Shown here in pieces: positions 1-12,996 of a DNA stretch of 64,000 bases (position 1 is its first letter; every line of letters begins with the position of its first letter). Below the pieces are notes generated by a model, which saw nothing but the letters and a program-made list of their open reading frames with translations, was not told the DNA's origin and did no database searches. The DNA is from Anolis carolinensis. Taxonomy: Eukaryota. Where the stretch lies: NCBI RefSeq assembly GCF_035594765.1, contig NC_085842.1:100354782-100418781 (forward strand). Reading direction: 5' to 3'. Position numbers and translations under genes: made by a program.

Positions 1-69
1 CGGCGCCGGTGGGGGGGGGCGCAATTTCCCCCCTCGCTTTATATATAAATTTATCTCCGGCCGGCCCTG
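1..69. mobile_element. Right end of a hAT-like non-autonomous DNA transposon
   Basis: GC-rich end ...ggccggccctg with a subterminal poly-G/ggcgc, the same terminal style as the TSD-bounded elements at 13148 and 19873. Confidence 0.5.
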
Positions 70-1266
70 GTTATGATTATGAACTTTTTTCCAGAAAGCA
101 TCAACTGACTGTAAATTTCATTATACCCTTTGAAATGGTATCTATCTGATGCTATATACAGTACTCTATTCAAAAATAGTGCTCCATGCTTAACATCCCA
201 GGAAAGAAAATCACATTGATATCTTCTTTCTCTTTTTTCTGTATCTTTTTCCTCCCAGCCTGGTCTCTAACTTTTAAAGGAACAGGAGCAATCTTTCTTT
301 TGCATACCTGCTTGGCTACATTAAAACAATTGAAGGACATTATTGCATTCCGTTGTTTTGAGCAGTAAAGCCCATCAATTTTTCCAGTGTCTCAAAGCTT
401 TGAGATGTCACGTATTTACAAGGTTTTAAAAAAATACATTGTAGTTGTAAGAAAAGTGCTTTGGACAAGCTACATCATCTTTCAAAACACAAAAAAATGG
501 GTTTTGAATGATTTGGTGAATAGCTGTTGTGAAGCTCTTATGTTAGGATTAGTTTTATTAGTAATCTCCAGGTGTTTTTTTCTTAACAGTCTCATGTGTT
601 CAGAGAGTTAGATCGTATTGACATTTCCATGGCAACACGTTGTGACATTTCCGAGGCTGACACGAAGCCTTTAAATTAGCAGGATGGGGTGATCAAGACC
701 AAGTGGAAATCTGTAGGGTTGTCATGAAAAAAGCAATAAATAGATAAATCTAGTTTTTAAAAGTGTGGTGTAGAAAATTTAATTGGATTTGAACAATATT
801 GTCAGTTAAAATTTAAGCTATTTAATGAACAAGTGATGACTTAAGAACAGAACATGTTTTCCACCTCACCTGAACCTTGATTATTCAGCTCAAATGATTA
901 TTGATGCTCATTGTTCATCCCTAACATATGCTAAAAGTCTGTGCAAATTGGTATAAATAGGTAACAACATCTAATTACCGGAACCTTTTGAATGTCAGAT
1001 GCCATCCGTGGCTGTAGGTTACTGAAATTTCATTACAGAACTTCTAGGCTGTAGCATTATGAAGACAGATTTGCTTTAACAGGACTCAAGAGTCTCTTTT
1101 TATAATGGCACAATATTTTTGTAGATGACCCACTTGCTTTCATGACTGAAGTAAAGTACAGAATTCATGTAGGACCAGGAGAGATAGGAGAGATACTTGT
1201 CCTTGTAGAGTTTACTTATTTCTTATGCATTATCTGGTGAATTCCCATTGGGGAGATAGAGCGGGA

Positions 1267-1267
<1 letters not shown>

Positions 1268-1322
<55 letters not shown>
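1268..1322. repeat. (TTA)n microsatellite
   Basis: Directly visible. Confidence 0.95.
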
Positions 1323-2427
1323 GAGGACATTGGTTCTCTAAAGTAACAAAGCATGAGTTCTATATGTGTGCTTAATCTTTGAGGAGAGATCACTTCTGTC
1401 CTGAGTCCAGAAGGCAAATATGTGCAGTGCCTCATACTTCTTCTGTTCCTACTTCTGTGCAATAATCAAAACTCTGCTGAGAAAATGATAAGAGGTTGAG
1501 ATCAGAAATCAATTCACACTCTACAAATATAGCACTGTGATTCCACTTTGATTACCATTGTTCCATCCTTTAGAATCCTAAGATTTGAACAAGTGGCTTT
1601 CCATTTTCTTCCTTATGCACCAAGATTCAACCAACCATGGTTCAAAAATATCTTGGCTTGTGTGTGTGTGTGTGTGTGTGTGGGGGGGGGATCTTAAAAG
1701 CAAACCTTTATCTCATGAGGAACTGAACACTATGCTGATTTGTAGATAAACCATGTTTCAGCCTTCCACAATTTTGCATATCCTTAGGTGGTTCGAAGCC
1801 CAGTTGGTGTGAGCACCCAACTGGCAAGCCCTTCTCACTGTTTACCTAAGCAGTTCGAAAACAACTGACCTATTGCCAACTGACCAGAAAAACCGCAGAT
1901 CTCCCTGCTCATGTGCCTTTGAAAATAATGGGAGCTGCAGACATGGAAGCAAATGAAGCTTTTCATAACATGGGAAAGAAGCATTCTCCTTTGGCTAATA
2001 TCTGAGGATCAACCTGCCATCAAAGGCCTCAGGTCAAACTGGCCAATGTACACCAAGTACAGCAAGAACTTGGGGACTTCCGGTTGGTGTGAGCTGAGGC
2101 AGGCTGCGTCGGCAGAGCGCTCCTGCTTTTAACTTTATTTACTTGTTTTCACTAGCCAAGTGTTTTATTGCCCCAGTCTTTTAACAGTCAGGGAATGTGT
2201 TTACGTTCCCCTCTGCTCATTTCTCACTACTGGGAACTTGCAACCATACGGCAACAACAAGGCAAAGGACAACTGAAAACAAACTGAAGATCTTCCACTA
2301 CAATGAATAACACCAGAGATTCTGAAGAGGTACAGTGACTGCCTTTGGAACAAGGGAAAAAAACATGCTGTGGAGGAGTGTCAGGATTGTCTGATAAGTT
2401 GAACTTTTTTTTTTTTTTTTAAAAAGT

Positions 2428-4411
2428 ATGGTTTACACAAGAAATAATTATAAGGAGAAAGCCTTGCCTTTACACTCCCTTATAGCGGGGAAGAAACATA
2501 GACAATCTAAGATGACTCAATTCTTTCCCCTGGAAAAGACTCAACAGGGACAGCTGGTAGATGAGGAGGAGGAGAATCCAGGGATCACAAGAGTGGGCAA
2601 TGCTAGTATGCCTGCTGATGAACTGAAGGACTGGCCGATTAACACCAAAGGGCTATCACTAAAGGAGAGTTATATTGTGGATTCAGGAAGTAGGAGAAGC
2701 TTGGCGGAGGAGTTGGCGCAAGCCAAGTTTGAAAGTCCCGATGCAACTGTAAAACAACACTGGGACTGGAACCCAACACCAGAAAAGCCCCCAACCTCAT
2801 TTTCGGAGAAGGGACACTTTAATTCCTTCACACCCAAGAAGTTCTTACAGCAATATTCCCATCTTGATTTACAACAAGGAGAAGAATTGAATGAGGGCTA
2901 CTCACACCTGGAAGCCAAGTTTAATGCCTTTTCTAATGATTTGCTGGTAATTAAGAAGTATCTACAAGAAAGCACAGGGCTCCTGAGCACACTTGCAAAA
3001 ATACTTAAAGCTGAAGTTTTGGAAAGCCGGTGCAACTGTGATTCTACTAAGGCAACGCCAGCTGTTATCATTCCTGTTACAACCAGGCAGGACACAGCTT
3101 CTCCCTGCCCTAAAGATAAAAGAACTAAACAGACAAAAGCAGATAAAACCAAACGCCTCCAAGTCAACTGTAAGAGCCAGAAAAAAACCATGAACATTAA
3201 AGGGAATTGGAAACAAAAAACCATCTGCAAACAAACAGGACGCACCAGGAATTGTAAACGCGGATTAAAGAAACTTTTAACATTAATCCCACCCTCAAGA
3301 ACTTTGGTAACAAAGAAGAGGGGAAACAAAAAAGGTCTTTCAAAGCGGAGACACGGTACTACCAATGATGGCAAAGTGGTTAGAACCAGAGTAGCCAATC
3401 AAGCCCCCCAAAATATTAATGCGGCAACACAAACCTTTTGGGAAACTCAGGTCACCAATATGACAAGAGAGAAGGATGATAGGAACTCAAAGAAAATAGA
3501 GAAAGCAGATGGATCTAAATCGCTAATGGCAAACCACCAAAACTGTAGACAAAAGATTAATGACAGAAAACATTATAAAGATAATTGGAACCTGATCCTC
3601 ATCCCAAACAAGGTGGTGTTTATTAAAGTTCCTAATCCGGGAAAGCTCTCAAGTCTGGATGATCGTAAATCCCATGTGATAAGTCTTATGAATAATGTTT
3701 TACCAGGGGGGTTGTATACCACTGATATAGACCAGATTGATTATTTGTATAATGATGCACTCTATGTTGATGCCATAGTCTCCTTTATTGACCTAAATAT
3801 AGCTAAGAGCTAGGGACTTATTTGCAAAAAAAGGCATCACAATAACAAGATTTTTCCAGAAGATCCTCACTCAAGGAGCCTCAGATGGCACAAGGAAATT
3901 GGAGGACCAGCAACCAGCGGTCAAGGGGAGAAGTGGACAGTTGCTGAGCCCCCTTGAGGTCCAAGCTGCCGGGCCCACAATTGAGGGAAAAGGTGCCCCC
4001 AGCCAGGGGAACCAGTTTTGCTTGGAGGAACAGTCACTGGTAGAGGCATATGCGAATTTGCCAAGAAAGGAGCAATGGGCTATCCTAGATAGATTACAGG
4101 TGCTAAGTGATCACCTAGGGGAAATATACTCAGAAAGGCCATATTTAAATGAAGAAGGACATACCAGCCCAAGGGAATGGAAAAGAACAGCGCAGGATAA
4201 GTCAAACTGGCTGGAGATGAGATTTTTGGACCCTGAGGAAAGAGCAGATCCACCCATTAATCACTTCCCACTGACTCCTGAAGTGAAAGTTGTGAAACCG
4301 CAAATTATTAATCCATGTGTGGTTTATGACAATGACCTTACTATATGCCCTTGGGATGCTCCTATGGGTACTGAAATAGAGGACAAGGGATCAATTGCCA
4401 AAAAAGCATGA
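2428..4411 (+). pseudogene. LINE ORF1 (one frameshift near 3805)
   Basis: 461-aa ORF 2428-3813. After a frameshift, RARDLFAKKGITITRFFQKI... runs into the 3899-4411 ORF. Lys-rich and positioned upstream of ORF2. Confidence 0.7.
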
Positions 4412-4447
4412 AGGCCAGATGGGAGGGCTGAAAAGGTAGGGCCGCAC

Positions 4448-7400
4448 ATGAGAATTACACCAGCAAACAGAAATTGTGGTTTGAAACAGACCTCAATCAC
4501 TCAATTCTTTCCACCTACAGTGCCTGGAAATAAAGAGGATAAGGCAAAAGTCCCTGCAGAGGAAAACTCTATTCATTCACTCAAAAATAGGGTTATCCAG
4601 ATAGTCAGTCGTCAGAGGACAGGAGGGTTATCAAATCTGACTAAGAGACAGCACAATAAACTAGTAGAACTTAGGCATGCTGAATCACACCCAATTGATT
4701 CTGGCTTGAACAACCATATAAAAATGAAAACAGCAAAGGAGCTAAAGATGCTGTCCTGGAATATATCTGGATGGGCCGGAAAACTAGTGGATAAAGAGTT
4801 TGTAGAATATTTACAGGAGTTCTCTATTATAATGTTACAGGAAACTTGGGTGGAAGAAACCTCAAATCTTAATTTGCAGGGTTTTAGAAGTTTTGCAGTG
4901 CCCATAAGTGGGGGCGCTGCTGTGGGGGCTTAGCAGTTTTTGTTTCAGTCGAGCTAGATGCTGAGTGTCAAATTGTGACTAATAAGTCTAACAATAATAT
5001 ATTAGCTGTAGAGATAAAACTCAAGGATAACCAGGTTTTATTTTGTATTAATGTTTATGTGCCTCCAGTAAATTCAGCATATTCTGCCAAAGAGGTGTGG
5101 CGGTTTTTAGATACAGCCTTGGAAGATAGGACCAGTGGCTTGGAAAATACAAACATTGTTTTAGGAGGTGATTTTAATGCGAGGATGGGAAAATCAAATG
5201 AGGATCTAGCTCAGCATTTTGGGTTTTATTTAGAAAATCAATTCTCACTTAATAGAAACTCAAGAGATGTGAAATTTAATAAGAATGGGCTGGAACTTTT
5301 CTTACTAGCCTATAAACATTTTTAATTAATCATGAATGGCAGCCATCTAGAGGAGTCATCCGGACTATACACTTATCACTCAGTAAGGGGGGGAAGTGTT
5401 CTAGATTATTTTATAATCTCACCTGGGTTGTTGCCGGCAGTCAAAACTTTTATAGTGGACATACGTCCGGAAAGTGACCATCACCCCATTAAACTAGTCA
5501 TAAAAACAGACGTAGAGCAGCACAGAGTGTCAAATAATTATCATCTGGACCTGGTCTCCATGGGACCCAGACGACTCAAGTGGTCGGAGCCCTTGAGCGA
5601 TAAGGTTATAGACCTACTTAATGGACCTATTCTGGAAACTTGCAGAGAGAAGATACTCAAATGTACTATTGACCCAATAGAGGGTTATCAGCAAATTGTT
5701 ACCTCCCTTAAACCATACCTGATTCACACAGAACCAACCAAAGTCAACAAGTCCAGTAAGGGAAGCTGGTTCGATGCAGAATGCAGGAGCCATAAAAAAG
5801 ATCCTATCCCTGGCCATCAGAGCAGCCAACAAAAATGGGACAGAACAAAACTATAAAAGCCTGAGTGAAACCCGTTCACAATATAAAACCCTACTAAAAA
5901 GGAAGAAACTTGAATTCAACAGGCAAAATTGGATAAAGCTGGATCTGGCAGTTAGGCAAAAGGATGAGGTCAAATTCTGGAATATGGTGCGTTCAGGGCT
6001 AAGGCCCTTGCAACCTCATTTAGACTCTCAAATTGCAGCACCTACATGGGAAACTTATTTTAGAGAAATATTCAGTGACCCAGAGACTGCCAAGGATGTG
6101 TCTAGACCCATTGACCCCCCCTGATTGGACACCAGTTTCTCCAGAGAAAATCGAAGGCCTGCTTCAAAAATTAAAAACAGGAAAAGCCCCAGGAGAGGAT
6201 ATGCTACCTCCCGAATTGTTTAGATGTAACATCACCTGATGGGCTCCCATCCTGGCCAGACTGTTTACATATATCAACCAGACAGGAATCATCCCAAATG
6301 GGTGGAAAACTAGTATAATTGTCCCTTTATATAAAAAAGGCAATAGGATGGACCCACGCAATTATAGACCTATTAGCCTGTTGGATGTAGTGTCAAAAAT
6401 CTATGGTAGGTTTCTGTTAAATAAATTACATAGCTGGGCAGAGAAGAATAATATTATTGCAGAAGAACAGGCCGGATTTCGGCAAGGCAGAAGCACAATA
6501 GACCAATGTTTTGTGCTTTCACACCTAATCCAAAATAGTCTGAAGAAACCAAAGGGACATGGCATTTGTGGATTTTACCTCAGCTTTTGACTTAATTGAC
6601 AGACAGCGTTTGTGGGAAAAGTTGGCGAAGACTAATGTGGATAGACGACTGTTGTCATTATTGCATCAGCTATATTCGGGGACAGACCTAAGAGTGAGGT
6701 TAGGTCTGTCAGGCAAGCTATCGAGCAACATTGAAACAAAAAGAGGAGTTAGGCAAGGCTGTTTGCTAGCACCTTTTCTGTTTAATTTCTACATAAATAA
6801 TCTAGTTGCCGAGTTGAGCTCCCCTGACCACTTCCCTCCATTAGGAGGTAGTAGGAAAATCCAAGTCTTGTTGTACGCGGATGACATGGTCCTCCTGTCA
6901 ACTATGCAAATAGGTCTCAGGAGACTTTTGAGGTCACTAAGTAGAATCTGTGAACAAGAAAAGCTGATGATCAATCACTCTAAAACCAAAGTGATAGTAT
7001 TTTCCAAAAGGAAGCAAATACATACATGGAAATTGGATGGCCACTCAATAGAGCAGTGTCATAGCTTTAAATACCTGGGCATACACTTCTCATATAATGG
7101 GAACTGGAAGAGCCATATAGAGGCAGCCAAATTATCTGCTTGGAGGTCAGTGAAATCAATCCTAGCCTTTGGGAAAACAAAGGGAGGCTCCTTGGTATGT
7201 CCCACAGTAAAGATTTTTGCTGTTAAGATTTTACCTCAGCTGTTATACGGAGCAGAAATTTGGGGACAGGGTAATACAAAACAGGTTGAATGTATTCAGA
7301 ACAAGTTTGCAAGAGCTCTTTTAGCCCTTCCCCCTGGGACCCCAGGTGCCTTGTTAAGGCTTGAATTGGATCTTCCCTCACTTAAGGCCAGAATGCATAA

Positions 7401-8076
7401 GCTTAACATCTCATACGGGAAGAGACTTCTGGGAATGGAGGATGAGGGTATAACAAAGCAATGCATGATGGAGCAGCATAAGCAAGGAGGGTGGGTTCAA
7501 TACTGGCAAGCCTTGCTCCATCAGTATTTTGATGGGTCAACAACAACTCTAATGCATCTGGACAAGAAGGCGATCAGAGATAAAATCTTTGAGATGGACG
7601 CAGCTGACAACCTGCAGATTAGTAAACAGCAAGGTTTCTCTACCTGGTATCCCCGACTAAAGAGTGACCAATATTGTCAGCAATATCTTCAAGACCTAAC
7701 GTCGGCAGTCCTGAGGAAAGCATTTACAGCCCTGCGCTTCCAAACAATGCCATCAAACTGGCTAGAGGGAAGATACAGAGGGATCCTCCATGTCCAACGA
7801 CTTTGCATTTGTGGCACAGGGGAAAAAGAAGATCTAACACACTATCTGCTACACTGCCCCTTGTATAAGGATCCTAGGAAAAATCTCCTGGGAACACACT
7901 TGGAAGAAAGGGCAGCATGGCAACAATCTGCTGTGATCTGTGACTTGCTAGCAGATTATTCCAAAAATATAACACTAAAGGTTGCCACATTTGCAATTGC
8001 AGCCCAAAAGATCAGAGCTAAAGTAGCAAAATCCATACTCGAGGTCAGAAATGGAAATGGTGATGGTTTGGGATGA
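4448..8076 (+). pseudogene. LINE ORF2: apurinic-like endonuclease, reverse transcriptase and C-terminal Cys/His knuckle, broken by several frameshifts and a stop
   Basis: APE motifs SWNISG, LQETW, GDFNAR, LDYF, SDHHP. RT motifs KAPGED, NYRPISLL, QAGFR, AFVDF.SAFD, GVRQGC, LLYADD, FKYLG. C-terminal CICG...HYLLHCPLY. Confidence 0.93.
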
Positions 8077-8783
8077 TACAAATCAGACACTGTCATTGTT
8101 ATGTTGCTGCTTTCATAATTTTAAAGAGCTAGTTTTAATTTTTGAATAAGTTTTAATGTTTATATTGGAAAGTGTTTATAAAGGTTGTATATTATTGATG
8201 TCATGGCCTATGGCTAGTACAATAAACAATTCATTCATTCATACAGCATATCCTTAGGTTCTCTCTGGCATTTGTTTCAGTTGTTTGACATTTTATATGA
8301 GGGCAACATTTTAGCTATATATAATGGGAGCATCCATGAATTTTGATATCAATTGGGGGGGGGGGGTCATAGTACCAAATGCCAATGGCTATCCGAGGGT
8401 CAAGTTTAATTTGGCCAAAAGGCAAACTCCAGGATCCCATAGATTTTGGAACCATGGCACTCAGAACCTCATCATGTGGAAGTTTTCCTCCCTTTCTACA
8501 CATTTCTACACACTTCAAAGACGGACTCACACAGAGCTTATCAAACAACGGAGGGCTGCTTTTGGTGGTTGCTTGTGGGATTCCGTCTCTGCAGCGTGTA
8601 AAGAATTTCAAAGATGGGCAGTAATAGACTTCACTTCCTGCACTTAAAAATTGGTATTTTCCCTTGTGAAGTGAAGTAGCTGATTTGTCCGATGACTTTT
8701 TGATGTTTCACTGTGGATGTTCATGTGGGCAATGCTCCTTCTGCCAATGCTACTTCTGTTTCCATTAGTGGTTTAAAGTGCAT

Positions 8784-8784
<1 letters not shown>

Positions 8785-8814
<30 letters not shown>

Positions 8815-9294
8815 TTGTATTTATATTCCGCCCTTGTCACCCCGAAGTGGACTCAGGGCGGACTGCAATTCACATATACATGCCAAACATTGAATGCCAT
8901 TAGACATACAACATATAGACAGACACAGAGGCAATTTAACATTTTCCAGCTTCCGGCTTCATGAGGATATGCTCAATTCCAGCCACAGGGGGAGCTGCTG
9001 CTTCATCGTCCACTTGTGACACCAAGTCCTTGATGGTAGTACTTCCTCATTCCTTTCTGCACGCTGCTGGCAGTTTTATGGTGTTGTAAATTAGTTAGAC
9101 TAGCCTCCCTGCATAAAGCGGTACCTATAATTTTCTACTCAACAGATACAACTGTTTTTCGAGCTGCTTAGGTCAACAACAAGCTAGACTATTAACAGTT
9201 GGGAGCTCTTTCCGACCTGGGCTTCGATCTCATTACCTCTCAGTCAGTAGTGATTTATTGCAGCTGGCTACTAACGAGCTATGCCACAGCCTGG
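8785..9294 (-). mobile_element. Sauria-SINE-related SINE with (AAAT)n tail
   Basis: (ttta)n tail at left; the - strand begins ccaggctgtggcatagct...tcgaagcccaggtcgg...ctaagcagctcgaaa; same family as 12779-12996. Confidence 0.75.
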
Positions 9295-10936
9295 TTGCAT
9301 TTTTAAAAAATGTGCCTGTCTCCTTTAGTGTATGACTTCAGTGGAACAAACCCACGGATTCCAAAAGGAGAGAATGCTTGCCTCCTTTAGTGTAAGTGGA
9401 TTCAGGGGAATGAAAAGTGAGGTTTTCAAAAGGATGCCTGTTTCAAAAAGTGTGCTGATATCCTTGAAATGGTTGAGCTAGAAAGGGGAGAAGGTGATTC
9501 TGTGTGATGGGGGTGAGTACATTTTCTGTCTTCCTTAATGATGGAACCCCATGAAACACCACACAAAGAAGACTATTCCACCCGCTTTTGCCCCCTTGTG
9601 GGGTGAAGTCCTCAGTGTGAAATAGTTACACAATGGTGTGGTGTAAATGGTTCCTTGGTGCTATCAGGATGCCATCAAGACTTTCATAGGCACATTTGGG
9701 TGGAATATGAAAAAGGGTCTTCTTTGTGTTTGTCCCAAATCCTGGAATTCCTGTCCTAGGATACTAGGCGGGTTTCCTCCTTGCAATCCTTTCACCATCA
9801 AGTGAAGACTTCAATTCCAGCAACTGAGTCGATTCCTAAAAAAATGTTTGTTTTACATATAAAGTGCCTTTCTTTTAGTGAGCTGTACTGTTTTTAGTCT
9901 ATGCTTTTAAATTAATATTTTATATGGTTTTAATTTTATAGACAGATTCATAGTATTTTAATCTTAATGTTTTGTGTGTTTTTACCTCCATATGGTTTTA
10001 CTGTATTTTAAAAATTCTGCCTTTAGTTTTAGTCTTGGAGAAAAAGCAGGGATATAAATGAAGTGGTTGGTTGACTGCTTACTTGCTTGGATGCATCCCA
10101 AGATTTGCTTTTCTTTCCATCTCTTTCCAGGGAGGATGTAGTGCAGGGGTTGTTGTTTCTGCTGTTTTAATTGTATTCATATCATGTCTTTCTTCCAAAA
10201 TTGGGACTAAAGGCAATTTAAAATAAGTACAATATAGTTAAAAACATGCAAAGTGCAACATTAAATGAAATTAAATTATTCATAATATTATTTAGAAAAA
10301 CATTTCAATTTTTTTTATAAAAAATCAGTTTAAAAGAATTATGTATAAATGTCAACTTCAGCCAACAAGATGTTCTTAGTCTGCAACTCCTATAATCCAT
10401 TACTGCTAGCTAATTGTCTTGGGCTAATAGGACCTGTAAGACAAAAAAGGACGGACCATAACTGTCCACACTTTGGTCCTGAATAAGTGTCTGAGAGCAT
10501 TGATGGGCTGAACAAAGACTAACAATGTAAAGCTTAACTCCACTAGGTGAAGATGACATTTATCAAGAATACTGTTGTCTCAGTGATAGTTGGGCTACTT
10601 GTGTTGGAGTTGCACTCTCCTTCAAAAAATGGCTTTGCAGTTTTATTAGTGCACTTCAATCTAGATTGGTTGCATCAAGACTGCTATATTGAGGTTGACT
10701 TTGTAAACTCCAGATGTTACAGAAATGTTGCAGTGCAAGTGCTGATCCCAAATAATCTGGTGAAAGAGATTTCCTCCCTTACAATTAAGCTTCCTCACAT
10801 GGGAGTTAGGGACAATTTTACTATATTTAAGCACTTTTGAGGTTTGCTTCTAAGTGAAGGGGGCAAGTCCATATTCCTGTGAGTAACCATTGCAGTCCTC
10901 CAGCTCCACATCATTGCTCATATCTATGCTCAAGAG

Positions 10937-11071
10937 CAGTGGTTCTTAACCTGTGGGTCCCTAGGTGTTTTGGCCTACAACTCCCAGAAATCCCAGCCAA
11001 TTTACCAGCTGTTTGGATTTCTGGGAGTTAAAGGTGAAAACATCTGGGGACCCACAGGTTGAGAACCACTG
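10937..11071. mobile_element. Palindromic hAT (Charlie-type) MITE, ~135 bp
   Basis: TIR cagtggttct(t)aacctgtgggtccc / gggacccacaggttgagaaccactg; imperfect 8-bp TSD ctcaagag/ttctagag. Confidence 0.85.
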
Positions 11072-11376
11072 TTCTAGAGGGCTTACTCCCAAGTTAGCAG
11101 ATATGAAATTAGACTATTAGAGAATAAAAACTTACTGTTAATCAAATGGTAGGTCTGCTTGTTTTGTTTTCGAACGAGACCTTCATAACTGTGGAACCCA
11201 TAGCTGTTGTTTCACTTATCCATGCCTGGGGGAAATGATCTCTCTAGGTCAATGATTCTCAGCTTGGGGTCCCCAGATGTTTTTGGCTTTCAACTCTTGG
11301 AAATCCACTGCTCTAGGTATTTGCCAGTTTTCTCAGAAAATTCTATGATATGCTTTCCCCAGGGGTTAGTATAGAG

Positions 11377-11511
11377 CAGTGATTATCAAACTTTGCTCCT
11401 CCAGATGTTTTGGACTTCAGCTCCCAGAAATCCCAGCCAGCTTACCAGCTGTTAGGAATTGTGGGAGCTGAAGTTCAAAACATCCGGTGGAGCACAGTTT
11501 GAGAAACACTG
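11377..11511. mobile_element. Palindromic hAT MITE, variant subfamily
   Basis: cagtgattatcaaact...agtttgagaaacactg; TSD gtatagag/ccatagag. Confidence 0.8.
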
Positions 11512-12520
11512 CCATAGAGTCTTGCTGGAGGACCTAGCAAGTTTCTTCTCTAGGAATCTCTTGGTCCTCTGGTGTAGTTCTGTGATATGCTGGAACTAGA
11601 AGTCAGGTAATTTAATAGTGTTCAGTCATGTTTGGCTGGGAACAGATCCACAGTGCTTGCAGGGATCTTACTGTATTTTATTTCATATAGCACCATGCAT
11701 TTAAATGATGGTAATATGATGATGATGAAATGATCACAATAACTCAGCACATATATCTCTTCTGTAAGATTTGACTATTATCTCTGTCTTCAGAGTTGTA
11801 TGATAACTCCTTGAAAAACAACCCGATTTTAACTACAGTGTTTAAAAGCTCTGGTCTATTATATTCTGGGCAGCACACTACTTGAACTTACGTCAAGGAA
11901 ATACACAGGATGACAGAGGACAGCATAGCTGCATGGAAATAATGCGAGCCTGATTGTCAAGGGGGAAAGCCAGGATGGAAGGCATACTATATAAAACGAA
12001 AGAGGAAAACTTAACCATAGCAGCAATGCCAGCGATTTTCTCAGAAAGGTGGCACCTGATTTTATTTATACAGGCTAACAGTTGTCAACCTTTTCCATTG
12101 AGTCATACCAAGGAATAACAATGCCATAAAAACAGATGTTGGCATGACCCAGTGAAGCAGACTCGGTGCTTGGGAAAGGCTTCATGCTTGAGAAATCAAT
12201 TCACAAATTGTCTCCCTGAGTCTAATTTTTTTTAATCCAAAGTATCTCTAGTTTTATTATACCAAAATGCATGCTTCTGTTATTGATGGTGGCTGTGGTG
12301 GTCGAGGGGAAGAAGGAAGAAGAGGAAGGACTGGTGAAGACCTTTTAAACAGATGTCCAACCCTTAAGCAGTTTTCCACATCTGTTGTCCCCAGACATCC
12401 AATGAATTCATATCCTCTGCCCTAGCTGTTCCTGGCAAATTTTAAATTCTGGAAAGAAAAAAACGCAATTATGACTAGATTAAAGCTGCAATTCTGTACC
12501 AGTTTCCAGTGGGAGAGTAA

Positions 12521-12715
12521 GGCCTCATCTACACCGACCATTTAATGTAATTCAAAGCTAGCTTCAAATTAATGTACATCAGTGCTCAGGGGTTTGTGTA
12601 ACCACTATCCAGGCCTCCAACTGGTACCAGGATTTCTCATGTAACCACCTGCACAGCAAAACAAGTTTCTTCAATACTGGTTTGAAAGCAGTAAGTGGCT
12701 GGTGTAGATGTGCCC
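12521..12715. mobile_element. PIF/Harbinger MITE
   Basis: TIR ggcctcatctacacc / ggtgtagatgtgccc with a TAA TSD on both sides. Confidence 0.75.
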
Positions 12716-12778
12716 TAAGTCCCACTGAGAACAGTGAAACGGATTTCTGAAAGATTTATTTTTGCGTCACAGTACAAT

Positions 12779-12996
12779 TTATTTATTTATTTATTTACAG
12801 TATTTATATTCCGCCTTCTCACCCCGAAGGGGACTCAGGGCGGATCACATTGCACATATAAGGCAAACATTCTATGCCATATTATAGAACAGAGACAGAG
12901 ACAGACGCAGGCATGGGCGGGCCTCGAACTCATGACCTCTTGGTCAGAGTGATTTCTTGCAGCTGGCTGCTAAGCAGCCTGTGCCACAGCCCGGCC
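12779..12996 (-). mobile_element. Short, internally deleted SINE of the same family as 8785-9294
   Basis: Shares both ends with the 8785 copy; TSD tacaat at 12773-12778 and 12997-13002; CpGs retained. Confidence 0.8.

Larger units (their letters stand above)
1790..8245 (+). mobile_element. Full-length non-LTR retrotransposon (RTE-X-like LINE), degenerate
   Basis: 14-bp TSD gcatatccttaggt at 1776-1789 and 8246-8259; 3' aataaa plus (ttca)n tail; ORF1 followed by APE-RT-zinc-knuckle ORF2. Confidence 0.9.

Noticed and set aside
2898-3398. Antisense hydrophobic ORF within LINE ORF1
   Set aside because: Expected by-product of the A-rich sense strand; no independent support.
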